DNA of 64,000 bases. It comes from Centroscyllium fabricii (lineage: Eukaryota). The stretch lies in the NCBI GenBank assembly GCA_051313645.2, contig JBNRSN020000007.1, positions 98,518,001-98,582,000 of the forward strand. Reading direction: 5' to 3'. Below are positions 1-11,567 of this stretch, in pieces (within the stretch, counting starts at the first letter, position 1; each line of letters starts with the position of its first letter). Below the pieces are notes generated by a model, which saw nothing but the letters and a program-made list of their open reading frames with translations, was not told where the DNA came from and did no database searches. The position numbers were made by a program, and so were the translations under genes.

Positions 1-665
1 TCTGTTCTTCCCCAGCAAATCTGTCTGTTAATCATTTCAGGTCTGCCTTAGATAATACTCTCAGATTCATCAGCGCTGGTCATTCCTGTAAACGGCCCCC
101 ATGTCCTGCTTTCAGGAGAGTGCCTCTACTGCCCAACATCTAATCCTATAAAAGCGTAATGCAGAATGTAACAATAGTACAGGTATTCCTTTATGATCTG
201 AACTGATGCAGTGTCTTTCACATGTGTTCTTCTCAATAGGTGGACTGAAAACATTTAAATAAAACAAGACCAGATACAGATTGTTAAGCTGCTTTATTTT
301 ACAGCCAGCTAGTGAATGTACAGAATAGCAGTTTTAATCAAAAGACACTTTGCTTAACATCAAACCCCTCCTTGTGAATAAGAAAATTAATCACATTGAC
401 TTACCCTGGGTTAGAAGATTGACTAATACTTGCTTTTGGTCAATCTAACTTTGAAACAGCCCAAGGCGTACACAGGCTTGGCCAGTACTAGTCTTGCAAT
501 AAACTGCCTATGCCTTTCTGCTTTTCTCTCAGCAGACCACCCGTCTGACTGATCCAAGGGTTGGCCAGTAGGGCTGCCAGTTAAACTGGCTACACCCCAT
601 CCCTTGTGTGAATCCCTAGAAACCATCTGCTATTTCCAAAATGAATGAGACTATCTTGACATAAT

Positions 666-1375
666 GGGCTGGATTTTCATTGAGGAGGTGGGTAGGTGGC
701 GGGACTGCAACTTTCGGGGTTGCAGTCCCACCTCCATCGAGTTCGAGCCAACCCACGCGATGTTCCCTTGATTGACCTTGTTGAGCCCACCCAGCGGGCT
801 CAGCAGGCCAATTAAGGGCCACCCAGCAATAAGTGACATCACAGATTGACATTTCATCTGTCAAGACCTTTTAACAGATGAAATATCAGCGTTTGACAGC
901 TGTTTGAAGCTGTTCAACACTGACAATCTGTACTCCAGGTTAATTCCTGGCATGGAGGCGGATTGGGGGCAGGATGATTTAGAGATCTCCCAGGAACAGA
1001 AAGCTGAATGCTGAAACTTTTGACAGCTGGCGGCCATTCTGCTTTCTGTGCCGGTGAGATGAGGGACTCCCGAGACCTGAAGGAAGGAAGTCTGTAAAGG
1101 TAGGTAGAACTTCTTTAAACACTTTACACACACCAAACACACTTACCTCTACACTCATGCACCCATCACTCACCTGAACACCAGACACCTCGACCCCTCG
1201 AAGCCCTTCATCCCGACGGCCCGCCTCGCTAACTTGGCATGGTTTGGAGCCGTCGGGAATCTCTCATTTCACCAATGAAAATAGGGATTAGGCTAAAAAC
1301 AGGCAGTTAATTGACACTAATCCCCTTCCTGCCTTCCTCCAATCCTGACTCCACGGCCCAATGAAAATCCTGCCC
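666..1375 (+). mobile_element. Non-autonomous PIF/Harbinger element (MITE family A)
   Basis: TIRs GGGCTGGATTTTCATTG ... CAATGAAAATCCTGCCC; 3-bp TSD AAT (663-665, 1376-1378); homologous in reverse to 1407-2240. Confidence 0.8.
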
Positions 1376-1406
1376 AATGAGTCTGGGATTAGTCAGTTGA
1401 CTCTTA

Positions 1407-2240
1407 GGCCTGGATTTTCATTGGGCCGTGGAGTCAGGATTGGAGGCGTGCGGGGTTTAAAATCCCGAATTCGGGGGTCCCGAAACCATCCCGCACCCAA
1501 CCTACCTCCATGCCAGTTTCAAAGGAGGCGGGTACCCGCCCCGCACTGGGACCCACCTACCTGAGGCGGGAAGGGATTAGTGACACTGAACTGCCTGTTA
1601 ACAGGTAGTTAACAAGCAGTTTTTAGCCTAATGCCTATTTTTAATGCTGAAGTGTGGGATTCCTGACGGCTCCAAACCACGCCAAGTTTGCGGGGCGGGC
1701 TGTCGGGATGAAGGATTTGGAGGGGTCGAGATGTTGGTGTTCAGATGTGTGCATGAGTGCAAAGGTAAGTGTGTTTGTTGTGCGTAAAGTGTTTAAAGAA
1801 GTTTTACTTACATGTACTTACCTTTTCAGCCTTCCTTCCTTCAGGTCTTGGGAGTCCCTCATCTCGCCGGCACAGAAAGCAGAATGACTGCGAACTGTCA
1901 AAAGTGACTGCCTTCAGCTTTCTGTGCAGGAGAGATTTCTAACCGAGTCTGTGGAGAAGGACTCATGTTAGAAGTAAGATTGTCCGTGTTTGACAACTTC
2001 GAACAGCTGTGAAACACTGATATTTCATCTGTCAAAACATCTTGACAGATGAAATTTCAGTCTGTGACGTCACCTGTTGCCAGGTGGCCCTTAATTGGCC
2101 TGCTGAGCCCACTGGATGGGCTCAACAAGGTCAATTAAGTTGACATCGCGTGGATTGGCCACATTTCGATGGAGGCGGGACTACAACCCCGAAAGTTGTA
2201 GTCCTGCCTCCTACCCAACTCCTGAATGAAAATCCAGCAC
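1407..2240 (-). mobile_element. Non-autonomous PIF/Harbinger element (MITE family A), inverted copy
   Basis: TIRs GGCCTGGATTTTCATT ... AATGAAAATCCAGCAC; TSD TTA (1404-1406, 2241-2243); reverse-complement homology to 666-1375. Confidence 0.8.
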
Positions 2241-2391
2241 TTACTGTCTAAATTCGAAGTGGTATGTAGCATCAACATTCCACAAACTGGTCTGTTGAGC
2301 TCTAATACACATCCCTTCCCTCCTCATCCCATCCTCTAACTACTGTGGTAATATTAACCACCTTGAGAACTGATGTTAATTTAAAGGTAAT

Positions 2392-3367
2392 GGCCTACAA
2401 ATTGGAGCGTGTCTATTTTTGGGTGCACAGGGGTGGGGGTGACACAGAATGATCCCTGCACCTGATTGGATGTACCCAATATTGGGCATTGGGCCTCATT
2501 ATTATTGAGCCAGCAAGCTGAGGATACCTAATAGGCGTCCCTAGGCAGCTCAGCAGCATAGGGGAATGAAAGATCTGGTCACTGTGACAGCAGAAGTGGC
2601 CACCAGGTAGGTGTTTGGGGTGGAGGGGAGCAACTGGGAAGGATGGCGATCTGGCTGGGAGTGTAAGCGATCGGGTCGGGAAGGGAGCGGTGGGAGGGAG
2701 GATAGTGATCAGCGGTGATTAGGGAAGGCAGAGACCGAGATTAGGAAGGGAAGAAGCTGGGATTAGGGGGTATGTAGCAGTGGTGATCGGCTGCCTCAGG
2801 TCAAACCAGGCATTAGGCAGGCCCCTAGACGCTGCTTTTTTTTGTTTATACAGGTTGAGTACCGTTAATCTGTTAACTGAAAAACTGGCGGCTTCAGACG
2901 TCCAGCAACGATTTCCCCGACTGCCGTGCGCATGCGCAAAATGGCCACCACGCGTGGCTGCACATGCCCGGGCCTCCTTGAACGATTGATGCTTCGGTGA
3001 ATGATCTGCGCATGCGCCGAGCGGTGAGCGCATGCGCAGACCATTCAAAATTTCATGGCAGCCATTTTGAATGATCTGCGCATGCGCCGCCGAATGATGA
3101 GCGCATGCGCAGAGCATTGAAAATTTTGTGACGGCCATTTTGAATGCTCTGCACATGCGCCGCCGAAGCTTCAATCATTCGCCGTTTTCAACAATTCAGC
3201 AGGGCGCTGGTCCCGACCTTGCCGGTTTAACGGTGCTCAACCTGTACCAATATGGCGGGCAGTTCACTACTGGCTCCTAATGAGTGCCATTCCTGCCCGC
3301 CATATTGGAGGCTTATGATGCCATTTAGCACCCATTTATGAGCGCTGCGTGTCTGAATTTCTAGGCC
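2392..3367. mobile_element. Degraded Harbinger-type MITE hosting a nested Tigger-like MITE
   Basis: Ends GGCCTACAAATT ... AATTTCTAGGCC; flanks AAT/ACT (degenerate TSD). Confidence 0.6.
2851..3244 (-). mobile_element. Tc1/mariner (pogo/Tigger-like) non-autonomous element, copy 1
   Basis: TA|CAGGTTGAGTACCGTTAA ... TTAACGGTGCTCAACCTG|TA; CAGGTTGAG terminus resembles Tigger4/MER46; multiple GCGCATGCGC palindromes. Confidence 0.8.
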
Positions 3368-4142
3368 ACTATGTTTAATATAAATCTTATCAAGATCCTT
3401 CCCATGGAAAAATGGTCAAAAAACCTGAAATTTGATAGTCCTTTATTTGCAACCTTGAGAGTAATCTCTACGTTAGAATATCATTTACTTAATATTAGAT
3501 TACTAGTTTTGGTTTGTTACTTGGTAGTAATGTATTAAATGGGAAGAAATGTCTTGGGGAAATATTTTTTCCAAAATATTGCCCCTTTTTATATGAGAAA
3601 ATGATAGTCACCTTAAATTTCTTTATTTAAAAAATATATATATATTAATTTTATCACTGAAGTGGAGATCTTTAAGTAGGGTTTTCCACGCTGCTCGTCC
3701 ACTCCGATATCGTCAATTACCTGGAATGACTACCATCGGAAACAGCAAGTATGAGACATTAAACCAACCTGAAGTTGCCCAACCCTGGAAACTTCTCCAA
3801 GATAGAAATGCAATTTCCAAGCTTATAACACAATTTCTGGAGATGGGCAGTCAGCATGGAACCCGAAGTTGGTTCAAACTGGGCCTGGATTTAAATCTAG
3901 CCCAGACTAATGTGATGAAAATCTCTTGGCTGTAAGGATCATTTGTAAAATCAGTTTGGGTATGTTTAGCTCACTTTCCAGTGAATGTATATTTGCACAA
4001 CAGAAAGCTTCCCCTAATTCAGCACTAATTGAAATAATACTCATTACTGAATTTTATCCAGTTATTAAATATCCTAGCTAAAGTGGGCATGAAAACATGG
4101 TTTTAAATGCAACTTATCGCATTTTTTCTGTTACTGCTTTAG

Positions 4143-4288
4143 ACCCGTTCATGATGCTGTTGTGAATGATAACCTGGATGTTGTTCATGTTCTACTGTCA
4201 TATGGTGCGGATCCCACCCTTGCTACCTACTCGGGTCAGACGGTTCTGAAGATGACTCATAGTGAGCCAATGGAACAGTTTCTGATAG
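4143..4288 (+). CDS. BCORL1: BCL6 corepressor-like 1, internal exon (ankyrin repeats)
   Basis: ttag|ACCC...ATAG|gtatgt; 146 bp; translates [49 protein letters not shown]; [12 protein letters not shown] and YSGQT match BCORL1 rather than BCOR (from recalled human sequences). Confidence 0.9.
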
Positions 4289-4591
4289 GTATGTGGTTAT
4301 TGCTACTCATTTAATACTTACATTTGTAATTCTTCACTTTATTCAGAGCCAAAAAATATTTTGGAGTTTTCTATATTCTGATGTAATTTGCAACATTCAG
4401 CAAAAGAACAAATTCAGATTTATTTTAGTTATAAAAGAAAAGTATTTTTGAAATGAAAAATGAAATGATGGATTGTACAGAACCAATTTATATAGTTCCC
4501 GACCCCCCCCCCCCCACCGCCCAAGCACTTGAGCACATATGTAGTCTGACAGTTCAGTACAGTGTGGAGGGAGTACTACATTGTCAGAGAT

Positions 4592-6023
4592 GCTGATGGA
4601 GGGAGTCACAGCAGACAGGGAGATCCTCTTCCCTTCTAATGGGCGAAAGAGAGCTCCCCAGGAGACCAACGCAGCCTGGTTGCAGATTGCACAGGAAGGC
4701 ACAAGCAGGGATATCATCAGGAGCAGCAGGCTGCAGTGGCGCAAACCATTCAATTATCTCAGTAGATCACAAAATGTTACTGCAAAGCCACACTCAACCT
4801 CATCCTGCTGTGCCACTTATCACATCCCCATCACTCTGCCTTCCCACCTTACTCCTGTACCTCCATACTCACACCAACTTACCTTGCACCTCCACCCATC
4901 CTTCTCTATCCACATTATCACTTCCCCATCTCACTAGCCAGCCCTCACACTCACCTTCCTCCTAGTGTAATCATACCAACTAACAACACACAAGGGTAGG
5001 CACTTGTGTGTTTAAGCTAATGTTCATGTGAAGTTTCTGTTAATGTGCTATCAAACATTGAAATCTTTATTTTCAACACTGCGTTCTTGGACAGATCCTT
5101 TGGAAGTGGGTTAGTGAGTTGCAGTTAATGGGGAGACAAAATGGTACCCCCGCAATGCTGCTGAGTGTGAAAGGAATGGCTTCCGGCATTGTAGGGATGT
5201 TTTATGTTGTTGGTGTGGGCTGGTGCCTACCTGGCGCATTATGTGTCAGCCAAGGTGTGCAGCATCAAGTGAAGTAAATGTGACCGTGGTGAGGCCATTC
5301 CTGATGTCCCGGGCAGCAATGTGGTCGGGTGCTGATGCCCTCCCCCCTGTGCAGCATCAGTTGATTGCGGAGAAGGTTGGTGTTGTTGGTGCTGCTGGTG
5401 TGCCTGGTGCTGCTGATGTTACGGCTGTTTGTGGTCAGATTCTGAGGACCAAGGTGAGGAAGTATAAACCATACCCATGCTGATGGAATATATGGCAGGT
5501 GAACTTGAGATGACGGAAGCAATCTGTCAATGGTGAGAGAGGTTGTTCCAATGAGGTGACACTGGATAGAGAGTTTGCTCCAAACACTTGCAACCTGCAT
5601 AAAGCTCAATCTGTCTCCCAAATGCAGTAAGCAACAGTTTCTGAGCTTGGAAAGTGAACAGCTGTGAGAGGGGAGCTTTTATTAACACATTTCAAGCTGT
5701 CAAGTAAGGAAATGATTCCATGGCCATTCAACACCCGCCCAGCTTAACAGACGTGATCCCAGAGCAGCGTGGACCCTGTTGGCGAACTGGTAAATTCTAA
5801 ATGAGCTCAAAATTGTTGTTAATCCTGTTAACAAGGCCATAATGACCTGAATTGCCTCCCCACCCGCTGCCGGTCGGGTCTGCTCAGCGCTGACGGACCC
5901 GACATTTGGTAAAGGCACGTGGCGGTGGGTTGACAGCAGGGTCCCGTCCTGCTGTCAAAAACAACACTTTCCCACCCGACTCGCCACCGATCTCACATGC
6001 TGACCCCCCGGAAAATTCCCCCC
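4592..6023 (+). mobile_element. Truncated Harbinger relic: Myb/SANT exon (+), transposase remnants (-), right TIR
   Basis: LMEGVTADREILFPSNGRKRAPQETNAAWLQIAQE...RLQWRKPFNYL is a Myb/SANT trihelix; terminus GAAAATTCCCCCC|TTT. Confidence 0.7.
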
Positions 6024-6074
6024 TTTGTTTCTGATGTAAACATAAAACCTTAATAGATTTCCCAACGCTATTCC

Positions 6075-6160
6075 AGTAAAGGGACTGAGCCATACAGACT
6101 GCAGCTTCTCAGATTTGATTCCTGGCCTGTGCTGAGTTAGCTGGTCTCAGTCAGCTGGAG
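6075..6160 (+). mobile_element. Old tRNA-SINE head fragment (AmnSINE2-like)
   Basis: ACTGAGCCATACAGAC...GATTCCTGGCCTGTGCTGAGTTAGCTG resembles my recollection of the AmnSINE2 head; not verified. Confidence 0.4.
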
Positions 6161-6392
6161 GGCTGTGTGGCAAAAATTAACTATTTTTCTATATGATGGA
6201 TTATTTATTGGATTGTTTCTTTCATTTGCACCATACACATAATTCAAATTGGTTACTGCACCTGTTTCTGCAGTTTCCAGAGAATATACATTGCAATTTG
6301 GTACGCCAAATGCATAACATGCTTGGATTATTTGCTGCCATTATCCTTGGGTGGGGCCCTGACACAGTTGATTACAGGTGTTTGGAACTAAT

Positions 6393-7286
6393 GGGCCATG
6401 TTTTCCTGTGGCCCGTTTGCCGCTGGTGCGCGCTCCCGAGCACCCGCGGCGCACGCGCACGTAATTTTTATTTTTTTTCTGACGGCAATTTCCTGTGGGA
6501 AATGCCGGGTTTTTTTCCAGCGGAGGGGTCGTGTTTTTTTTGGTGCGTGGTGCAAGCCATGCCCACTGAGGTCAGCTTTCCCCCCGCACAAAGCACAGAA
6601 TCGGCCTGAGGATGAAGAAGATCGGGTAGGGAAGCACCTTTTTTTGTTTTTTTTTAAGTTTCTAGGAAGCTGTTTTTTTTTAAGTTTCTGCCTTTTCTGC
6701 TGTTAGGGTTTTTTTTTGCTCCAGTGAAAAAAACACGTTTAAAGTTAAGTTTTTTTTGATTCCTTTGGAGATATTTGTCTGTGGTCTTTCAGCTTGTAAA
6801 TGGGTAGGGTTTTATATTTTTTGGTGAAAGTGGAAAAAAAACGGGTTTCGAACGCGATGTCAGCAGCTGTGTCAGAGCTGCTGACATCGCGTTCAAATCC
6901 CGTTTTTTTTTCACTTTCACCAAAAAATATAAAACCCTACCCATTTACAAGCTGAAAGACCACAGACAAATATCTCCAAAGGAATCAAAAAAAACTTAAC
7001 TTTAAACGTGTTTTTTTCACTTCTCAAAGCTGCCTGCAGCCCTCTAAGACTGCTTTTTAAATGTGCAGCAAAAGAGAGACTTGCCCACGTGATACACCTG
7101 CATTTTGAGCAGCTGCCACAGGAAATCTGCAGCTCAAAGTCTTCCTGGGTAGGAAGCTGAAGCCCCTTGCCCATCAGCACAGGAAATTCACGTTTCTGGT
7201 AATCACCCAAGCTGCACCCCCACGAGGCATTTCTGACCCCCCTTCGTGGGGGTGCAGCTCTTCTGGAGCACAGGAAAACAGGGCCC
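6393..7286 (+). mobile_element. Harbinger-type MITE (family B) with an internal ~300-bp palindrome
   Basis: TIR GGGCCATGTTTTCCTGTG / CACAGGAAAACAGGGCCC (17/18); TSD AAT; second copy at 60812-61238. Confidence 0.85.
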
Positions 7287-7605
7287 AATATATTCAATTA
7301 TAAGCATCCAGTGGAACTGTTTAAGTAACTGTTTATTTGGCAGATTGTGGGCAAACAGTTTTGAAACCTATGTAGTTAAGAGAAATACAGTTTTAATTTC
7401 TGTTATTAAGTGATATCTTGTAAGAAATTGGAACTGTGTCTTGCACAGTATTGCATGAAGGCCACAGTTAGTTTGAAGACAGCAGAGATACAGGGCTAGT
7501 CCGAGCCTCTGTGAAAGTGTATAGTTATGTCAGAAGTAAAGTAACCATGTTTCAAGGGTCAATTTTCATCTTAGAAGCGAGAGTGCTACCAGTGTGTCAG
7601 CCCAG

Positions 7606-8019
7606 CACACTGGTAGCACTCTCGCTTCTAAGATGAAAATTGTAGGTTCAAGCCCCACTCCTGGGATTTGAATGCCTAATCTAGGCTGACACTCCACTGC
7701 AATAGTGAGTGAGTGCTGCACTGTCAGAGGTGCTGTCTTTCAGATGAGATAGTAAACTGAGGCCCAGAGGTGTCAGTAAATAATGTCATGGCACTATTTG
7801 TAGAAGATGGGGAGAGTTTTTCCAATGCCTTGGTCACCATTTATTCCTCAACCAACATCATGAATAGAGATTATCTGGTCATTTATGTCATTTCTGTTTG
7901 AGGGATGTTGCTGGGTGAAAATTGGCAGCCACGTTGGCCAACGTAACAACAGTGGTTACACTTCAAAAGTACTTAAAGTGACTGTGAACGGCGCTATATA
8001 AATGCAAGTTCTTTCTTTC
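7606..8019 (+). mobile_element. Deu-domain tRNA SINE (SacSINE1-like)
   Basis: Head TGGTAGCACTCTCGC...GGTTCAAGCCCC (B box); Deu-like core; 3' tail GGCGCTATATAAATGCAAGTTCTTTC shared with the L2 tail at ~60630. Confidence 0.75.
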
Positions 8020-8328
8020 GCGTGTTAGCATAGGAGAAGTGGAAAGGAAAATCGGGGGAAGGGGGTTGGTATATAACAGGCAGCTGATATACTGCCGTTC
8101 ATTTTGTCCTTTCTGCTGAAGTAGAATTTCACCCCCATAGGATCTTCTTACCTTGTGTTGTTGACACGGTGAATTCCTGATCTTGGTCATGTTATTAGGC
8201 ACAGGACTTTGTTATTTACCCTTAAATATTATGACCTCAATCTCAATATGATGTATTGCAAAGATTGTCTGTAATCTTCTAAGTAGAGCTTCTTAATAAA
8301 AGTTTATTTTCAATTGTGTTTTTTGTAG

Positions 8329-8406
8329 AATATTTTACTGACCTGAGAGGCCGTAGTCAGGATGATCCAGCCCTTCGCTGGGAATTTTATGGCAGCTCTG
8401 CATGTG
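8329..8406 (+). CDS. BCORL1: BCORL1 internal exon (post-ankyrin linker)
   Basis: ttttgtag|AA...TGTG|gtgagt; 78 bp, phase 1-1; EYFTDLRGRSQDDPALRWEFYGSSAC. Confidence 0.9.
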
Positions 8407-8790
8407 GTGAGTACTGAAATATTTTGATAATTACTTATAAAGAGAAGATAAGGTACATGAGAAGGCAAATGAGCTCATCAAGCCTATTCTCTTCATTGAT
8501 CATATACAGCGTGCCCTGTTGTGGATCCTACTCATTCCAAATAATGAATTTTCAGAGTATTTTTGGCAACAAAGTTTGCTTGATGAAAATCCAGTTGAAT
8601 GCACAGTAGATACACTTTTGTTGTAGTCTAACATAACTATGAATTAGATTTTCCATTTGGTGTTAACCCATTTAAAATAAATATATAACACTGGAATTAA
8701 AATGATACTGATTTGGAAAATCTAGGCTGATGTACAACATTTTATTCAACTTGATTGCATCTAAAACTACCCCCTGGTAAATTACGGTTA

Positions 8791-9339
8791 CAGGTTGTGC
8801 ACCGAAAATCCGTGTCCCTAAAAGCCGGCAGCTTCAGTTTGCCGGCACAAATTGCCCCGACTGCACTGCGCATGAGCAAGATGGCAGCTGCCATCGCGGC
8901 TTCGGCAAATGATCTGCGCATTTTCTCGACAGCTGAGCCCCGTGACTGAGGCGGACAGTCACTAGGCAACAGCTGTCAGCCTGAGTCCGGCTCGGCGGCA
9001 GCAGCAACCCGAAAGGCGATGGAGAGGGAAGGTGGACCTACTGGGCCCGACCCGCGCCCGCACAACCCTCCTTCCCCCCTCTGCAAGACCGGCCTTTCAC
9101 TGCTGCCCGACAGCCCTAAAAGGCAAACGGAACGCCACACAAGCCTGAGCCCCTCAAAAAACTTCGCGGCGGCCATTATTGGTTGATCTGCGCATGCGCG
9201 CGCCAACCGATCCCAATGTTGTGCGCATGCGCGCGGCCATTTTGAATGATGCGCAGTGACCAACTTCGTTCTCCCGGTTTTTTCAGTTTCCCGGCACTGG
9301 CCTGGTCCCGCCCGTGGCGGATTAATGGTGCACAACCTG
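8791..9339 (-). mobile_element. Tigger-like non-autonomous element, copy 2
   Basis: TA|CAGGTTGTGCACC ... GGTGCACAACCTG|TA; subterminal blocks shared with other copies; unique GC-rich interior. Confidence 0.8.
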
Positions 9340-9637
9340 TATTACAAAAATATTGAAAAATCTAGTACTGCACATTATAGAGATAATATTAAATAAAATT
9401 AGATATATTTACAGTTGATGCAGTTTGTTTGAGCAGTCGAGTAAACTGGACAAACCAATATACATTAAAAGTAATGCATATCTCATTGGTTTGACTGGAC
9501 AGCATCACACAAACAATCTCAGGAACCAATCAAAAAATATCAACATCACTGTCACTGAATACATCTCTCATTAATTTCTTTCCAACTGCCATGTACACCT
9601 CTCCCCTATTCAGGCACTTCACTCTTTATAACATGAT

Positions 9638-10375
9638 GGGGGGGATAAATTCGTCAGCGCACGTTTTCGGGTGCTGACCCGGGCGATGCGCCATTTTTAG
9701 CGCCAGCACATCGCTGGCGTTAATAGGGCCAATATTGGCTGGCATCGCCCATTATGGGTGGGCGGATGCTAAATCAGGCGGGCCACCTTGCTCTTGGTGC
9801 GAGGCGGCCGAATATCGGGGCGTGGGAACAGCGCTGCGCGAACGAACGCGTAGCGGCGGCCCGCGGTACGGCAGGCCTTCCTCCCCGATTAAAGGGGAGG
9901 AGCCTAGCGCAGCTGCGGCCGGAGCCCCGTGGGAGCGGGAGAAGGAGCCCGGCACTGGAGGGAAGTGCCGGGCTCAGTTGACGGAGGCCTCACCTCGCCG
10001 GGGGAACAGCAGGGGAGGCCGAGGGGGAAGGTGCAGGCGGTCGGCCAGCAATAAAAATGGCCGACCGCCGCACTCCCCTTTAAGCAGCGCTCCAGCGCTG
10101 CTGCTACAGCAGGAAAAAGCTGGCGCTGGCAGCGTCCAGCCATAAAATGGCGGGCGCTGCCCAATTTCAGCCGCAGGCGCCTCCCAGGCGCTGCGCGGCC
10201 TGATGACGTCAGTCACGACGTCCAGCTGGACACTAAATTTGTTGGGGCGCTACCAGTTAGCCCCCAACTTCGCGCCCAGCTGAATTTAGCGCTGGGCGTG
10301 ATCCCTAGCATTAATTGTATAGCGCCTGATTATTGGGCGCTAACAGGCCGGCACTAGAGCGCCAATTTCGCGCCC
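9638..10375. mobile_element. CpG-rich Harbinger-type MITE
   Basis: Ends G7ATAAATTCG ... CCAATTTCGCGCCC; flanks GAT/CAT; sharp GC-rich island in an AT-rich intron. Confidence 0.6.
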
Positions 10376-10495
10376 CATAACTTCTAATTCACCATGAGCA
10401 ATGCCATTGGGGATCCCCAATACATAGATAGGTAGATCTGTACATTAAATCATCTCTTCAATTTTTTGCATCCTCCCCAATTGATAATATCAGTA

Positions 10496-11550
10496 CAGGT
10501 TGCGCACCGTTATACCGGCACGGGCGCGACTAGGCCCGGGCCGGTATAGCGAAAAAAACAGAAGAATGAAGCTGGCCAGCGTGCACCATTCAAAATGGCC
10601 GCACGCATGCGCGTAACATTGCAAGCACAAAATCGCCTCTCTCTCCTTGCCACAGGATTGACAGGCTGCTTCACCAATCATAAGCCTCCTGATCCCCCCC
10701 AGCCACGGGATTGACAGGCCGCTCCACCAATCACAAACATCCTATCACCCTAAGCCGCAGGATTGACAGGCTGCTTCACCAATCACAAGCCTCCTCTCCC
10801 ACCCCCAGCCACAGGATTGACAGGCCATTCCACCAATCACAAACCTCCTATCACTCTAGCCGCAGGATTGACAGGCTGCTCCACCAATCACAAGCCTCCT
10901 ATTACCCTAGCCACAGGATTGACAGGCCATTCCACTAATCACAAACCTCCTGCCACCCCGCCCCGCCCGCCACCACTCAAGACCAGCCAGGCGTTTCAAG
11001 CGAGGTTGAGGGCACGCGATAAACACCGCAGCTCTTAAAGGGGAACGGCGAGCGCATGCGCAGATCATGTGAAATGGCCACCGGAAGTCGGGCCCTCGAT
11101 GTCGGGCATCTGCTCCTCATCCGACAGGTCGGAGAAGGCCTCCTCCTTCTCCTCCTCGTCTCTCAGCAACTCCGAGCCGCCGGAGCTCTCGGCCTCCCGA
11201 GTCCGAGTCGCTGCTGCCTTCCATGGGGTCGGCGTCTCCTGAAGCCATCGGGACGGTAAGTGTGAATGCTGGCTGATCAAAGACTGGATTGGGCTCTGCT
11301 GCTCTCTCTCGCCTGTCCTCTCCTGTATGTCTGCTCGCCCCGACTGCCCTGCGCATAATGGCCACCGCGATCGAGGCTTCGACGAATGATCTGCGCATGC
11401 GCTGCTGAACAGCGAGCGCATGCGCAGATCATTCGCCAAAGTGTCGATCGCGGCGGCCATTTTGCGCATGCGCAGGGCAGTCGGGGCGATTTGTGCTGGA
11501 CGACTGAAGTTGCCAGCTTTTTGGTTACCGGATTAACGGTGCTCAAGCTG
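10496..11550 (+). mobile_element. Tigger-like non-autonomous element, copy 3 (largest cargo)
   Basis: TA|CAGGTTGCGCACCGTTA ... TAACGGTGCTCAAGCTG|TA. Confidence 0.8.
10649..10952 (+). repeat. Six tandem 51-54 bp units carrying GGATTGACAG plus CCAATCA
   Basis: GGATTGACAG at 10655, 10708, 10760, 10814, 10865, 10916; CCAAT follows 9 nt later (last unit CTAAT). Confidence 0.9.
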
Positions 11551-11567
11551 TATTAACAATTGGTTCT

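Noticed and set aside
9638-11550. CpG-island promoter of a separate host gene
   Set aside because: The GC-rich blocks are bounded by TIRs and TSDs; the overlapping ORFs are low-complexity GC artefacts
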